In this document: positions 61,415-64,000 of the stretch, piece by piece | Layout: the number at the start of each line of letters is the position of its first letter | How positions within the stretch are numbered: the stretch's first letter is position 1 | NCBI GenBank assembly: GCA_976551045.1 | Contig: CDPCPM010000157.1 | Span: 4,960,001 to 5,024,000 of the forward strand | DNA: 64,000 nucleotides | Source of the DNA: Glaucostegus cemiculus | Lineage: Eukaryota | Direction of reading: 5' to 3' | Made by a program: the position numbers and the translations under genes | Notes under the pieces: generated by a model | What the model was told of the DNA's origin: nothing | The model's input: the letters and a program-made list of their open reading frames with translations, nothing else | Databases searched by the model: none

Positions 61415-61850
61415 GGGCCTGAGTTATGGGGAGAGGTTGGACAGGCTTGGACTTTATCCCTTGGAGCAAAGGATACTGAGGGGTGACCTCAGAGGTGTAT
61501 AAAATTATAAGGGCATAGACAGGGTGAATGCAGTTTTTTCTCCCCCCCCAGTGAAAGGGACTCATAAACCAGAGGGCATAGGTTTAAGGTGAGAGGGGAA
61601 AGATTTAAAAAGGACCCGAGAGGCAACATCTTCATGTAGAGGGTGGTGTGTATAAGGAATGAGCTGCCAGGGAAAGTAGTTGAGGCAGGTACATTAACAA
61701 CATTTCAGAGACATTTGGGTAAGTATATGCAAAGGAAAGATTTAAAGTGATACAGGCCAAAAGTGGGAAAATGGGACTAGCTTATGTTTGCACCTTGGTT
61801 GGCATGGACGAGTTGGGCCAAAGGGCCTGTTTCCATGCTGTATTACTCTA
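61415..61850 (+). mobile_element. CR1 3' fragment
   Basis: ctgaggggtgacctcagaggtgtataaaattataagggcataga..ggcatggacgagttgggccaaagggcctgtttcc. Confidence 0.85.
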
Positions 61851-63044
61851 AGACTGAAAAGACCACTGGAGTACTGTGTGTTGCTCCAGATTCCAGTATC
61901 TGAGGTCTCTCGTGTCTCTGTTCATCAAGAGCATCGTAACTCTTACTACTCACTAGTTCAGAGGGCTGGGGCTTTTCAGTGAATGGGTACATTCTAGGAT
62001 GAGAGCTATAAGGTTTTGGACATTGAGGGAATCAATGTATAAGGGAAAGTGGACGTGAGCGGGGAAATGAGCCACGACCTCACCAGATGGCAGAGTAGGC
62101 TTGGAGATGTAGGGTCTGCTCCTGCTTCCTTTTGTCTGTTCTTCAGCTCAGGGCCGTGTTGAGCCGCAGAACATCAGCTGTGCAGGATTGGCCAAGCCTA
62201 TTGAATTTGAAGCTTCGATACGAGCTGTTTGAGTAAACTCTGTTCTATTGGTCGGGGTTGGACCCAAGGCCAGATGTCAGTGTGCCACTCCATTGCACTA
62301 ATCAAGCATTAAACGGGAATAGAGCAGAATAAAAAAGGCTGTAATGCTGGTGTGTTTAAATGGTTTATAGTTCCTCACAGCCTACACATCAAATCTGAAT
62401 ACAGACCTCCTATCTGTTACATACAGACTCAGTAATGATAAGTACAGGCAATTATCTCCATCTACCTTGCCATCTACAGACAACAGACTTCAGTACAACC
62501 ACAAGCGTCATTTAACCAAATCCCTTAACCACATAACGTCTTGGGAAAACCATAAAACAGAGAAGTCGAGTTTGTGGTCATTTAGGAATATTGGGAAATG
62601 CCTCTCCACCTCCCCAAAGTAATTAAGCAAAGGTCAAGGCCATGTTTTCTAAAACACAGCCAGAACCTCATTCTGTGGCTCAATCCCACATTGAATCGTG
62701 AACAGACTGCTAAATCCAATGCAGTCCCAAAAATGTGCGCACCAAACACCCCCTGCGATGTTGGCAATCGTCAGGATTCCATCCAACAAAATGGCAGCAG
62801 TTATCAACATTGTGGGCGGCACCCTTTGGTTTAATGCCACGGCAACAACAAATGCCAAGTGGTAAGAATGAAGGGCAAAGTTCACATCTGCCATGACCAA
62901 CATGGTGCCCACACCCCTGCTCCATCACCCCAAACTTTCAACCTCATCGTTGCTCTGTAAGTTTCATCTGCTGCAAAATTCATCCTTAAAGTCGAGGGAA
63001 TGAATTTTGGATGCAGACTACAAAGCAGTGATGTAATTATAGTC

Positions 63045-63400
63045 AGAGTCAATATAGCAATACAGCACGGATAAGGCCCTTCTGCCATCTAGTCCATGCC
63101 AACCAGTGCCCACCCAGATAGTCCCAACTTCCTGTGTTCAGCCCATACCCCTCCAAGCCTCAACCCTCCGTGTACCTACCCAAGTGCTGCTTAAATCATA
63201 CTATTGTACCTGCCTCACCCACTTCCATATACTCACCACCCTCTGCGTGAAAAAGTTGCCCCTCACCCTAAATCTATGCCCCCTAATTTTGGACACCCCT
63301 ACCCTGGGGAAAAAGCTGTTACCATCAACCTTATCTATGCCTTTCATAATTTTAAACACTTTGATAAGGTCACCCCTCATTCTCCCATGTTCCAAGGAAT
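63045..63400 (-). mobile_element. CR1 3' fragment
   Basis: Minus: RMRGDLIKVFKIMKGIDKVDGNSFFPRVGVSKIRGHRF. Confidence 0.88.
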
Positions 63401-63614
63401 TGGAACTATGTTCCTAATGAGGCCAACCTCTCATGAGACTTACTACAGGAGGATGAATGTCTGGGCTATTATCTGTGCAGGGAAGTCCCAGGTCCATTCA
63501 TTGGTATTTGCTGAACTGCTCAATCTCATCCGAGGTGCCAATGGATGCGGCACTTGGACTCAGTGACTAAGTTACAACCACAACAGCTCCCACTGATAAT
63601 CACAATCTTGCTAT

Positions 63615-63890
63615 TATATACATTCATGCAAGTACATGGTGTGCATGCATGTGTATTATTGTACACTACTCTGCATGTGTGAGCACATAACCACAGCTGC
63701 ACAAGTATGCATGTACACATTTAAGCATATATGGGTGTGATCATATGCATGTACCAGTATGTGCAAATGTGCATTATATGCACATTTGCATGCATGTACA
63801 TTGGTGTTTTGTTTTGCATCTGCACATGTGCATAATTAGCACACATGTATTATACATGTATGCACACACATGCATGTGCATGCACAAACA
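63615..63890. repeat. Alternating purine-pyrimidine (TGCA/TGTG/TACA) low-complexity tract
   Basis: Includes a 13-bp perfect inverted repeat tgcaaatgtgcat-tat-atgcacatttgca at 63762-63790. Confidence 0.75.
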
Positions 63891-64000
63891 AAGATTAGCT
63901 GAGGTAAACCCATGAGCAAGTGACCCAGATTCCATGGCTAAATCAGAACAGTTAGCTCCTCAGACATGGATTCCAAAATGAGGGCTCAACTCATGAAAAG

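Noticed and set aside
62649-62912. Hydrophobic minus-strand ORF (MLITAAILLDGILTIANIAG) as leader exon
   Set aside because: No credible phase-1 donor (GG|gtgttt) and an Asp in the hydrophobic core.
1-64000. Most ORFs in the six-frame track
   Set aside because: They are short, often start at non-ATG codons, and are either chance ORFs or decayed CR1/Rex/Penelope fragments. No prokaryote-style gene density, operons or CRISPR repeat-spacer periodicity.

Overview
Eukaryotic, repeat-rich vertebrate DNA. The repeat complement (HE1-type V-SINEs, HER1/CR1 LINEs, Rex1/Babar LINEs, Penelope-like elements, DeuSINE remnants) points to a cartilaginous fish, probably a ray or shark (inference). The only protein-coding sequence I can firmly support is two minus-strand exons (6812-6957, 146 bp; 4955-5096, 142 bp). 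Together they encode the first Ig domain of a LAR-family (type IIa) receptor protein tyrosine phosphatase. It is closest to PTPRS but mosaic relative to PTPRS/PTPRD/PTPRF. The next exon lies left of the window, and no convincing signal-peptide exon was found in the 57 kb upstream, so most of the window is probably intron. Main points of interest: (1) about 20 minimal hammerhead-ribozyme motifs with covarying stems, carried by Penelope terminal repeats that often occur as compact inverted units; (2) a composite SINE-like element with an unexplained ~135-nt head in front of a tRNA-like segment, in two copies; (3) V-SINEs with two alternative LINE-derived tails; (4) a solo LTR with a 5-bp target-site duplication; (5) fossil Tigger and Harbinger transposases; (6) candidate recursive splice sites and pre-miRNA-sized hairpins. 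Repeat boundaries are read by eye and approximate (tens of bp); exon, hairpin and ribozyme coordinates were counted exactly.
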